Position numbers and translations under genes: made by a program. The notes beneath the pieces are model-generated. The model was not told the DNA's origin. It worked only from the letters and a program-made list of their open reading frames with translations, and did no database searches. A stretch of 63,994 nt of DNA, filler included, from Rhizaria sp. SCN 62-66 (lineage: Eukaryota), in the NCBI GenBank assembly GCA_001724265.1. It is 3 parts of 3 records of this genome, joined end to end, with 100 filler letters (N's around TTAATTAATTAA, not from the genome) between each part and the next. Parts side by side here need not be neighbours in the genome. Positions count along the whole stretch, not along the records: positions 1 to 24,453 come from MEDY01000418.1; 2 more parts are not named here. The stretch is one strand, 5' to 3'. Positions 1 through 10,725 of this stretch are shown here, in pieces. How positions within the stretch are numbered: the first letter of the stretch is position 1; every line of letters begins with the position of its first letter.

Positions 1-1053
1 CGCGCCGCGCGCGCCCCCGGCCCCGCCGCCGCCGCCCGCGCTGGCCGCGGCGACGGCGGCGGCGGCCTTGGCCGTGGCGGCGGCGGAGGCGGCCGAGGGC
101 GGGCCCGCCGCGTCGAGCAGTGGCAGCCGCCGCAGCGGGGGGTTCCGCGCCAGCGCCAGCAGCAGCACGCCGTCCGCGGGCGCCAGCGATGCCGCCGCGG
201 CCTCGGCGCCGCTCGTGCTGTTCCGCCTGCTGCCGCCGCCGCTGCCGTCTGCGCCCGCGGCGGCGGGCTCGTTCTCCGTGTCGACTGTGGCAAGCGCGGC
301 GGCCAGCGCGGCGGCGCGCGCGGCGACGGCGGACGCCACGTGCGCGCTCACGGCCCTCTCGGCGCGCCGCCGCGCGGCCAGCCCAGACACGCACGCGCCG
401 TCGTCCTCGCGCTCCGCAGCCGCCACCGCGCCGGGGCCGGGACCGCCGCCGGCTCTGGACTGCGCCTGAGAGCGCGACTGAGACTGCGAGCGCGAGCGCG
501 AGCGCGGGCGCGGGCGCGGGGGGCCGTTGGCGCGCGCCGAGTCCGTGCGGTGCAGCAGCGCGTGCGAGGGCTGCGGCAGCCGGGCCGCGCGCGCGCTGTC
601 GCCGTCCGTCGCCTGCAAGCGCGGCAGCGCGCCGGAGCCGGCGCCGGCGCTGGAGCCAGCGGCGTCGGCGTAGTAGTTGCTGTTGTCGTCAGCACTGAGG
701 TAGGACGAGGATGAGTGCATAGGAGGCCGCGGAAAGGCGCCAGGCGCAGCGCGCTGTGGAAAAAAGCCCGAGTCGGTGCCAGTTGAAGCGGACGACGTGG
801 CGTAGAGAAAAGGGTCGTCAGAGAGGAGGCCGCCGCCGCCAGCGGGCAGAGTAGCGGCCACTGCGGGAACCACGTCTGCCGCGGGTGCATACGCAATCTA
901 TGCAAGAACATGTCGGTATAAAGCGTAAATGTTAGCTCATTGTGCAGGGATGCGTCAGAAACATTCAGAAATATGGGAAGGATGACGGCGTACCTGCTTG
1001 GGCAGAGGGTCTCGGTAGGTGTAGAGACTCAGCGGCCACGAGAAGGAACTCAT
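1..1053 (-). CDS. Uncharacterised Ala/Gly-rich protein, 3' end outside window; exons 1053-994 and 897-<1
   Basis: ATG at 1053 (MSSFSWPLSLYTYRDPLPKQ), GTACGC donor at 993, TAG acceptor ending at 898. Exon 2 (IAYAPAADVV...) stays open to the window edge. No family recognised. Confidence 0.6.
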
Positions 1054-1421
1054 GACGCGCTGCGGAAAGAAAGATTGAGATTGAAAGAAAAATAAGTTGT
1101 TTACGAGATATAATTTAAAGTGAGATGATGCAACTTTGAACGATGTTTGATTTAACGGAATTTATAGTGTGCTGGAGCTTTAAACAGAAGTAGACGTTAC
1201 TTAGCCACTGGACTCGTCGCGGCGACGCGTCCAACGGCTAGCTGGTCTAGACGATTTTTGAAGCGTGTGATACTGACATGTAAATACCGTTATTTCAAAT
1301 ATCATGTCTTGATTATCATAAGTTGTGCCGACTCTTATCTGATTTGATTTGGTTTTTTTGTTAATAAGTCTTAGACACCTCTTAAAAGCAGCGAATTCAA
1401 AAGAACAGTTAGCCTTGACGA

Positions 1422-2594
1422 ATGTCCGCACTTCCGTTCACCAAACAAGGTACGTACCGCTCTCCACATCACTGTAAGGAAATGTTTTTATGGTATGTCT
1501 TTTTGTTTCAGTACAGTCTAACTTGTGTACTCTTATTTTACCCCACCCTTTATATATCCTTGAAAACTGTAGACATCGAGGACCAGCTGCGGACGATGGG
1601 CTTCTCCGACATCCCGCCTGGTCTGCTCTAGTCCTTCATGAGCAAGCTCAGCACGCCCGATGCCAACAGCACCATTGTATCCGCAGTCAGCAGCGACGGT
1701 TTGGAGCCTGTGCCCGCTGCAGCTGTGGCGGACGGCAGTCATGCGACCACCGACAAAAACCAGCTCGAAGAATTGCACCCACAGCACCAACAGCAGCTGC
1801 AGCAGCAGCAGTCGGAGTATCAAGGCTTTGCTGACTATGTGCAGCAACAGCCGCCTTTTCCGCCTGCTCCTGCAACCCTTGTTGCTCCTGCCATTGCCCC
1901 GACGACTGCTCACAGCCACGGCCACGGCCACGGTCAGCTCAGCGACCTGTCTGCGTTCACGTACGTGCCCCGCGCCCCGCTCGTTGCGAGCGCGAGCACT
2001 GCGAGCACCGCGACTGCTGCCGCGGGTGCGCCTGCGGCCGCGGGCGCGGGGCTCGGCGCGAACAACAGCCTTTACTACCCTCTGCCTTCGGTCTCCTTCC
2101 CGCCCGCCGCCCCCCTCTTCTCCGGCAACGGAAGCAACTACAACGGCAACGACGGCGACGCCGACGGGAACGGTGGCGACGCAGCCCGCGGCGCAGCCCA
2201 CGGCGCTGACGTCAACGCGACGCTTGAAGAGCACTACCTAGGTCCCCAGCATGCTCACAGTCACTCTGACAAGGCAGAGGCTACGGACCTTGTAAGGGAA
2301 CACTTACCCGCCGCCGCCGGCTCCGGTCTGAGGAGCGATGTGACCGACAGCGCGTACAACGGGGAGTTTGCGGACCACAGCTACTTAGTCGGGGACCAGA
2401 GCTACTTAGCGCAGCAGGGCAACGCGCAGAGTCACAGTCACATTCACGGCCACCATGGTCAAACTGAGACTGAGGCTGAGTACAGGGCTGCGGGCGCTGA
2501 GGCTGGTGACAGCGATGCCAACGACAACGGCGGCGACGACTACGACTACGACTACTATGGCAACCAGCCGCAACAGGAGCAGCAGCAACAACTC

Positions 2595-2626
<32 letters not shown>

Positions 2627-4418
2627 CGGCGCTGTCAGCGGGGACTTGAGCAACGACAGCCTTGACGACAACTACTACAACCACAACAACGACGACGGCG
2701 ACGGCGACGACGACAACGCTGGCAGCGGCGGTGACGACTCAGATCTCCAGCCTGAAGCGTCCGCGCCAGCGTCAGTGCCCACGGCCGCCGCAGTCGCGGG
2801 CGCGAGCGCAAGCGCGCCCGCTGACAGCGTCGTGGTCGCCCGGCGCGGCGGCTTCGCGGTCGCCCTGAGTCCCGGCGCCGCCGCCCGCGCCGCCCACGGT
2901 CACTCCGCTGCCCACAGTTATGCCGCAACCCATAGGCAACAGCAGCAGCAGCATCAGCAGCAGCAGGGCCGTGATATTGCAAGCCTGCTGGCCACGCCGC
3001 CGCCGGTGCCTGCCCACAGGCACGCCACGAGCGGCGCGCACGGTCACCCGTTCTCGCAGCAAAACCAGCTGCACTCTGCCGCTGCCGCCGGCGCCGCTGC
3101 CGCCGGCTCTGGCGTCGGGGCCCCCGGCCGCCGGCGCGCGCAGGTCACGAACACCCCTGCGCCCGCGCCCGCGCCTGCTGCTGCCCAATACCAACAACAG
3201 CAGCAGCAACAGCAGCGTTCGCGCTCGCGCTCGCGCCCCGGGACTGCTACTGCGACTGCCGTAGGCCCCGCCCCGCAGAGCCACAGCCAGAGCCAGGGCC
3301 ACTTGCTGTCGCAGTCGAACGCCGGCGCCCGCTCCGTGTCCCGCCCAGGAGCCCGGACCAACTCCAACGTTAACACTAGCGCCAGCGCCAGCCACATGCC
3401 GCAGCCGCAGCCGCAGTTGCAGTCGTATCAGCCGCGTCGGCAGCGGTCGGCGACGGCAACCGCCAGCGCCGGGCGCGGCCCGCACATGCCCACCTACTCG
3501 CAGTCGCACTTACTTTCTGAGTCACAGTCGCTGTCGCAATTGCGTGCGCGCCCGCGCTCGCGCCCGCGCCCGCCCCCGTCGCGCCCCTCCACCGCCACCG
3601 CCGCCACAGCAGCCAATGCGGTCAACGTGAGCGCCGGTGCGAGTCGCCCGGGCTTCGGCGCGCGCCCCAGCACGGGCACGAGCGCGCGCGCGCACCCGCA
3701 GTGGCCGCCGCAGCGGCCGCCGCAGCCGCTGCCGCAGCCGCCGCTGCAGCACCAGCGGCCGCCGCTGGCGCCGGCCAAGGGCGCCTTCGTGGGCTTCGGC
3801 GCAGCGCTGGCGCAGGAGCGCCGCGCGCGCGCGCGGGCGGCGGCGGCCGCGGCGGCCGCGGACAAGGGCAAGGGCGGCCGCGGCCGCGGGCTGGGGCTCG
3901 AGGGCTCGGTCATCGTCGGCGACGGCCACCACGACTACGACGAGGACTCCGACGACGATGACGACCGTAGCCACACCTACAGCAGCAGGCATGACCGCAG
4001 CGGCAACCGCAGCGGCAGTCGCAGTCAAGGTCGCGCGCTTGCGCCGAACAACAACGTCGGGCAGTCGCACTCGCGGGCACGGCTGCAGCAGCAGCAGCAG
4101 CAGCAGCGCAAGCGCATTGACAACAGCGGCAGCTACAACAGGAACAACAACGGGAACGACTACGACGACGACTACGACGATGGAGACAACTATGCTGATG
4201 ACAACGGCTATGATGGCGACGGCAATGAGGACGACGAGGACTACTTGGCTCGTGCCGAGTCGCAAATCAACAACTACAGCCTCATTCGCACTGCTGCCGA
4301 CGACGACAACGAAGGCAACGAAAACGACTATGCTGATCAGCACAGCAGCAGCTACCGCCAGGGCCGCAGCCGCGTCGGGGACCGCAACAGCAGCAGCAAC
4401 CGTGCGCAACACCCGTAC

Positions 4419-4450
<32 letters not shown>

Positions 4451-4946
4451 GCGCTCGCGCTCCCGCTCCCGTCCAGTCACTGCAGCTGCAAGCAACAACA
4501 ACAACATCAGCAACAGCGCAAGTTTCGGTCGCGGTGACAGCAGCTATGCTGGCATCGACAACAGCAACGTCAGCCGCAGCCGCGCTCATCCCGCGCCGCG
4601 CCGGCCCGCTGCTGTGGCGGCGGCGACTGCAAGCATCACGAGCCACCCCCAGCATCGGAGGCCGCGGGACGCAGCCGCCGCGCTGGCGGCCGCCGAGGCT
4701 GCCGCAGCCGCTGCCGCAGCCGCCGCAGCGGTCGCGGCCGAGGCCGCCGCAGAGCTGAGGCGGCGCGCGGGCGTGCAGACGTTTATGCAGGAGCAGCGCG
4801 CGCGGCGGCGCGAGCGCGAGGGACTGCGCGCGCAGACGCGCGGCGGCGCGGGCGGCGGGCGCCGCAGCGACGTGCTGAGCCGGCACCAGCGCTACGAGGC
4901 TGCCTGGGATGAGAGCTTCCTGCGCCGCCGCGGCGGGCTCGAGTGA
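1422..4946 (+). CDS. HYLS1-like centriolar protein, ~1133 aa; exons 1422-1449 and 1573-4946; one in-frame TAG at 1629-1631
   Basis: The spliced N-terminus MSALPFTKQDIEDQLRTMGFSDIPPGLL*SFMSKL resembles the HYLS1 N-terminal motif, and the C-terminus SDVLSRHQRYEAAWDESFL resembles the HYLS1_C motif. The middle is Gln/Asp/Asn/Ala low-complexity sequence. Ends in TGA. Confidence 0.55.
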
Positions 4947-5288
4947 GCGTCGCCCAGGGGCAAGGGCCGAAACCAAGATAGCCTCAGTCGGACCGCTAAG
5001 TGATCGAGTTATCAACATCGATCACCCATGTCGTTGAACGAACCATTTTGATTACAATAGTATTGACAGAAATGTAATGATACAAAAGATATAAGACTAT
5101 TTTTAAAGTGAAATACAGATTGGTCAATTTGTATTGCGATTATTTTCTGTGTTGAAAAGCGTCTTTGTGCGGAGAAATGCATGGCTATTTAATTACTAAG
5201 TAGAGAGGAACAACGACGCAGCTTGCTGTTTTGTGTTGTACGGACCCGCCTTGCCTTGGCTGCCTTGCCCTGCTATCACGCTCAAATC

Positions 5289-5687
5289 TTAGTCGAGCTT
5301 GGAAGAAAGCTTGGGTGCAAGCGGCACGGGCGAGGGGCCGGACACGGTGGTGCCGTAAGCGCGTGCGCTGGCAGGGCCAGAGGGCGCAGACTGCTGCTAC
5401 TGTTGCTGTTGCTGGTCGAAAACCTCGAAGGGAGGAGGGACGAGCTTGAACGACTGGTTGGATAGGATGGACTTCGCAGTCATGAGGATCCAGATGGCCT
5501 GTAGTGTGTTGCGTATCATTTTTGGGGCGAAAAGCAGTGAAAAGTGGTGGCGATTGAGTGGGGAATGGTAATGGTGGGGAGAACAATTTGGATGATAACT
5601 TGAGAAACGTACGAGCGCGACGCCATGGACAATAAGGAGGTACTTGATAATAGTTCCCCAAGGCTCGGGAAGCAAAGGAGCGCCCAT
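5289..5687 (-). CDS. Small single-pass membrane protein, ~94 aa; exons 5687-5613 and 5498-5289; in-frame TAG at 5399-5397
   Basis: MGAPLLPEPWGTIIKYLLIVHGVAL|AIWILMTAK...FDQQQQQ*QQSAPSG...SKLD then TAA. GTACGT donor at 5612, CAG acceptor ending at 5499. Splicing gives one continuous hydrophobic helix. Confidence 0.7.
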
Positions 5688-6718
5688 TTGACTGCAAATA
5701 GTTTGAAGGGATTGCACAAGAATTGTGTGAGGCTGCAAGGAAATCCGGGCGCAAGGCGCGCGTAGAATAGCTAGAATTCTGACGTTATTTGAACACCTAA
5801 CGAGAAATTAAAAGAACAATCAAACAATATACTGACATATCTAACATATAATTCCGTGGATTCCAAATTGACGATAACATGTATGTTTTCCTGATTCATC
5901 AGGACAATGCTACAACCAACGGGTGCTCAAACAAGCTGACTGTGAGCAGGCAGCTCCAACAACGCTACTCGCTTAGTTTAACGTGCGTTAGTTAGCACAC
6001 CCAAGGTGGTTACAAAATCTACATCTTTTCAAGCCAAATTGTTGTGTTGGTGAGCTAAAATACCGTTTTTATTCCTTAAGGAGCCTGTTGCTTCGAGTAC
6101 AAGACTGAAAGTCTCCATGGATAGACCTCTGGGTCCTTATAGTGATTTTAATATGACTAAATTAAAAAAATATACTGTTTAATATATATTATATAACTTA
6201 TAAATATTTTATAAACATTAAATCAGCTATAAAAATATTTTTCCTTAATTTAATGTATAATAGAAATAAGAAGATGTAAATAATGTTAAAATGATTTTAT
6301 TTAACTGTTTACTTTTCTTTTGCTTATTTTAACTTTAAACTAATTTACATCCATGTTATCCCAAAGTCCCCTCATTTTTGACATAACTCCTATAAAACTA
6401 ATAACAAATATATTAATAACTAACAAAATATCATGGTAATTTAATTAATTGTTTTTTAACGATATCAAAAAATATATTTTTAAAGTATTGTTTTGATTTA
6501 AAATACTTGCTTTAAAAAATATTTAGTCTAATTTATATTGTTTTATTAAAAGTTTACACATGTTAATGCTTTGTAAAAACGCGATGTAATATCAATTATT
6601 TTAACCTCTAGTCGTTGCCGCTGGTCACGAATTGAAAGGACAGATCCGATACCATTTGTTTCAAACAAATTATACTGAAATGCTGTTAAATGTGCTAAAA
6701 AAGTGATTAACACTTCTT

Positions 6719-8508
6719 TTATGCACTGGGCTCCCACTCGTCATGGAACTTGCCAGGCATGTCTGTGCGCTCGAAGGTGTGAGCACCGAAGTAGTCACGT
6801 TGCGCCTGTGTAAGGTTGGCAGGAAGACGAGCACGGCGATACGTGTCAAAGTAGCTGAGCGACGCCAGCAGCGCAGGCGCAGAGATGCCAGCGTCAATGC
6901 TTAACTTGCAGATGTGGCGCAGGTGTGGCGCAGCGCCTGCGACAACGGTTGCGACCTCCGGCGCCAGCAGTAGGTTCTCAAGCCCCGGCTACTTGGCGTA
7001 TACGCGTTGCATAGTGGCAAGGAAGGCTGCACGGATAATGCAGCCGCCTGTCCAGATGCGCGCAATCTCGGCCAGCGGCAACTCCCAGCCGCGTAACGAG
7101 CTTTTGGTCCGCAGCAGCGCCATGCCCTGCGCGTAGCTCGCGATCTTACTCGCATACAGCGCCTGCTTCACCGCCTCCACCACTCCATACTTCTCTTCAT
7201 CATTTAACGTGACAGACTTACCAGTGCTGCCATGAGCAATAATGCTGCCGTAGAGCTTAGCGGCGGTCTGCCGCTCAGCGTGCATGGCGGCGAGCTGCCT
7301 GGCGGTGAGCGCAGCGGCGATGGTGGGCACTGGGACGCCCTCCAGAGCCGCGTCGCGCACCGTCCACGTGCCCGTGCCCTTCATCCCGGTCTTGTCCAGC
7401 ACTACGTCTAGAAGGTCGCCGCTCGAGCCTTGCTTGTCGGCGACGCGTAGAACGCGCGCAGTGATCTCGACAAGGTACGACTGCAGCTCCTCCCCGTCTT
7501 GGTTCCATGACTCGAACACGGCCGCGATCTCGCGGTTCGTCATCCCACACACCGTACGAAGCACGTCGTAAGCCTCAGCAATGAGCTGCATGTCGCCGTA
7601 CTCAATGCCGTTGTGTACCATCTTGACGTAGTTGCCTGCGCCGCCGGGGCCCAGGTACGTGACGCACGGAGCGCCCCCGACCTGGGCCGCGATCTTGCTC
7701 AAGATCGGCTCGACGCGGTCGAACGCAGCGCGCGGGCCACCGGGCATGAGCGACGGGCCGTGGCGCGCGCCCGTCTCGCCACCGGAGACGCCCAGACCTA
7801 GGTAATGCACGCCGTGCGGGGCGAGCTTAGCGGCGCGTGCCTCAGTCTGCTCCCACCACTCGTTGCCGCCGTCGATGAGCGTGTCGTCAGCAGATAACAG
7901 CGGAAGCAGTGTCGCGATAGTGCCGTCCACAGCCTGCAAAAGAGGTTGGAATATAAGTAATTTCAACAAACACACGTATTAGTTTGTTTAGTTCATCGCG
8001 AAACATCATGTTACAATTGTTAGAGGGTTTCACCCCATGCAGCGGTGCGACTTAAAGTAGGTTTATTTCAAGTCTGTAGAGATGATAACGTACGATACCA
8101 GCGTCAACCATGATGAGAATAACACGAGGAGTAGATAATGAAGCGACGAACGCCTTGGGATCATGGATCGCAATGACATTGCTCTTGAGCTCGGCCTACA
8201 ATCAAGATAAGAGAGAAGTCAACGAAGGAGCAGTGAGTCACAACAAAGACAGGTGATAGCGCATCAAGGAGTCGTGGGATGGGACTGTAACAAAAGTTAA
8301 ACGAACAATTTGGCGTATATAACTTAGTATTGTTAAAGATTTGTCGATTTCGCACCTTTTGAGCCTCCTCGACGGCCTGATCAAGGCGGGGTTGAGAGCG
8401 GTTGGAGATGGCTACACGGAATCCTTTGGAGGCGATGTTTAGGGCGAGGTTGCGACCCATAACGCCCATGCCAAAAACGCCGATATCAGCCTTAGTAGCA
8501 CAGCTCAT
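6719..8508 (-). CDS. gnd: 6-phosphogluconate dehydrogenase (decarboxylating), ~489 aa; exons 8508-8356, 8195-8094, 7933-6719; in-frame TAG at 6991-6989
   Basis: GMGVMGRNLALN, DGGNEW, VKMVHNGIEYGDMQ, WTGGCIIR and, beyond the TAG, the conserved LPANLTQAQRDYFGAHTFER. Ends in TAA at 6719. Confidence 0.97.
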
Positions 8509-10725
8509 TGTTGAGTTAATGTCAAGCAAAAGAACAACTTGAGTGTCTCAGGAAAGCGATCTCAAACGGAACCACTTCAAGTTGGGTCAGAGTCTGGCCT
8601 GCCGCAGCAACTACTGAACATGTTCAAGTGAGAAACGTATGAAACATTTGCAAATAAACTTAAGCTTACTATTGACAAGAATTACGAGTCTGTATAAATT
8701 GACGATTGATAGTGGAGTCAGCATATCCTGAGAAAGTATAATTACAAAGTTACACCTGGGTAAACAACATTATTGAAGTTAACATTCACCTTGGCCATAG
8801 TCTAAGTTGGATTAAAATTCTCGCTCACGGCTCTGCTGTGCTTTGGCACGAGTCCGCGACTCGCCCCCGCGCTATCAGTATAGGCAATACTGGGTGACTA
8901 TTTGGCATCACAGCCATTAAGAGCTACACCGTATGAAATGAGCGCAGTAACACACTTGAAGAAATAAGAAACACAGGAACATCAGCGACGACAACAGTCC
9001 AGCTCAGCCGACACCTCCCGCTTGCTTGTTCCCGCACTCGCTCGGACCCCGCTCTCCGTCGGCACTGCGGCCCACGCCGCGCCGCGCCGCCGCACCGGCC
9101 CGCACTGGCGCGGCCCACAGGCTCGGCGACAGAACGGGACGGCGCGGGCGGCGGTGACGGAGTGAGTGGCAGTGGCGTGTTTCAGTTGCCCGACAGATGT
9201 GTGCCGACGGAAGTACAGTTGCGCGGTTTGGTTAGCATCGCTGTGGCAGTGTCGCGCCCCCGTGTCGCGAAAGTGGCGGGGCGGGCGCGGCTACGTAGCA
9301 CAGCGAGAGACAGCTAACCAATCGCAACATTGGTTCCAGCACAGCATCAGACTTTCGCCAGCGAAAGCTTGAGTGAACCGAGAGCAGTGAAACAGCGCAG
9401 GCGAGTGGGTGCGAGGGGAAGAATGGGGCGACGCAGAGAGAGTGGGGAGCGGCAAGCGAGAAAGCGTGACGGAGAGCGACTGAGAGCAGTACCTGAGAAC
9501 AGTGACTGTGAGACATAGTGAGGTGACTGTGCGCAGAGCGGAGCGAATAATGACTGTGAGTCAGCAATGGCCAGCAAGTATCGATTAAAAAACAAACTAA
9601 AACAAAGCGCATTAAAAAAAAAGAGACACAAAAACACAGAACAAATGTACAAGCAAAAAAGGGGCAATTTTGTCAATAGCAAACAAAAAGGAAAGTGATT
9701 TGGACTATGACTGTGATTGTTGCTATGATTGATTGCTGTTTGTTGTTTGTTATTATCGTGATTATGGCGTGTGAGGACGGCAAAGGAGAGGCCGCTTCAG
9801 CACTTGAACGAACGAGCTCCAGTTTTGACTACTAGTACTCATACGAGGGTGAGCTGCGACTCCAGCTGTTGTCTTGATACGAGGACTAAATGTTCGAGAG
9901 TAATGGTATCAATAATAGCTGCTGCTTGCGGGATGTGAGGTAGTGATGATCGCTTGTAAGTTATGAGAGATATTTTGTTGATTTTGTTTTTGATTGTAAG
10001 AAAGTATGCAACACAAGAACAAAACAACAACACCGCGCAACACGATTGTCATAACTGTCGTAATCGATAACACTACAAAACACATCACAAACACGAATGT
10101 AAAATTGATTCAGAGAAAGAGAGAGTGAACATAGATCGTATATAAACAACACGAGACACTTAGGAGACTAAAGTAAACTAAGAAAATAAGACAAGAAAGA
10201 GAGACCCAAAAAGTATAAAACAAGAATACAAGTTATAAAAAGAAAGTGAAAGAAATGACCATATTGTTTGAAACGAAACGAAAAGGCAAAAAAAGAAAGC
10301 ACACAAGAATAAGAAAGATTTTCTTATTATCAGCAAGCACGAGTGGGCATGAGCGAGCGCAGTGCTGACGAGTGTAAGTGTGTAGAGTGCTTTGTTGCGG
10401 CAGTCAGCGAGCGTTCAGAACGGCGAGAGCAGAAGAAAACTGCGGCTCAAACCTCCGAGCACCCATGCCAACCAGCAACAGAAGACACTTACACTACACC
10501 TGCGTTCTATTCCGCTCAGCGCTGCATGCGTGCTGCGACTCATTCACGCCGCTTTCTCTGCGCTCCTGTGTGATTTGCTTGATTGCTTTGTTTCGATAAG
10601 CTGCGCGCAGCTTGACTTGATATATGGTCCAACAACACCCCTCACTTTGCTCCCGACGAAACCTGCACTGCACTGCGTCGCACTTTGTGTGTGCATGAGT
10701 GTGTCCACGCTGTGCTCAGGTCCGC

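Noticed and set aside
6719-8508. gnd as a nonsense pseudogene
   Set aside because: Motifs, splice sites and the downstream frame are intact, and the same TAG-only interruption recurs in three other genes.
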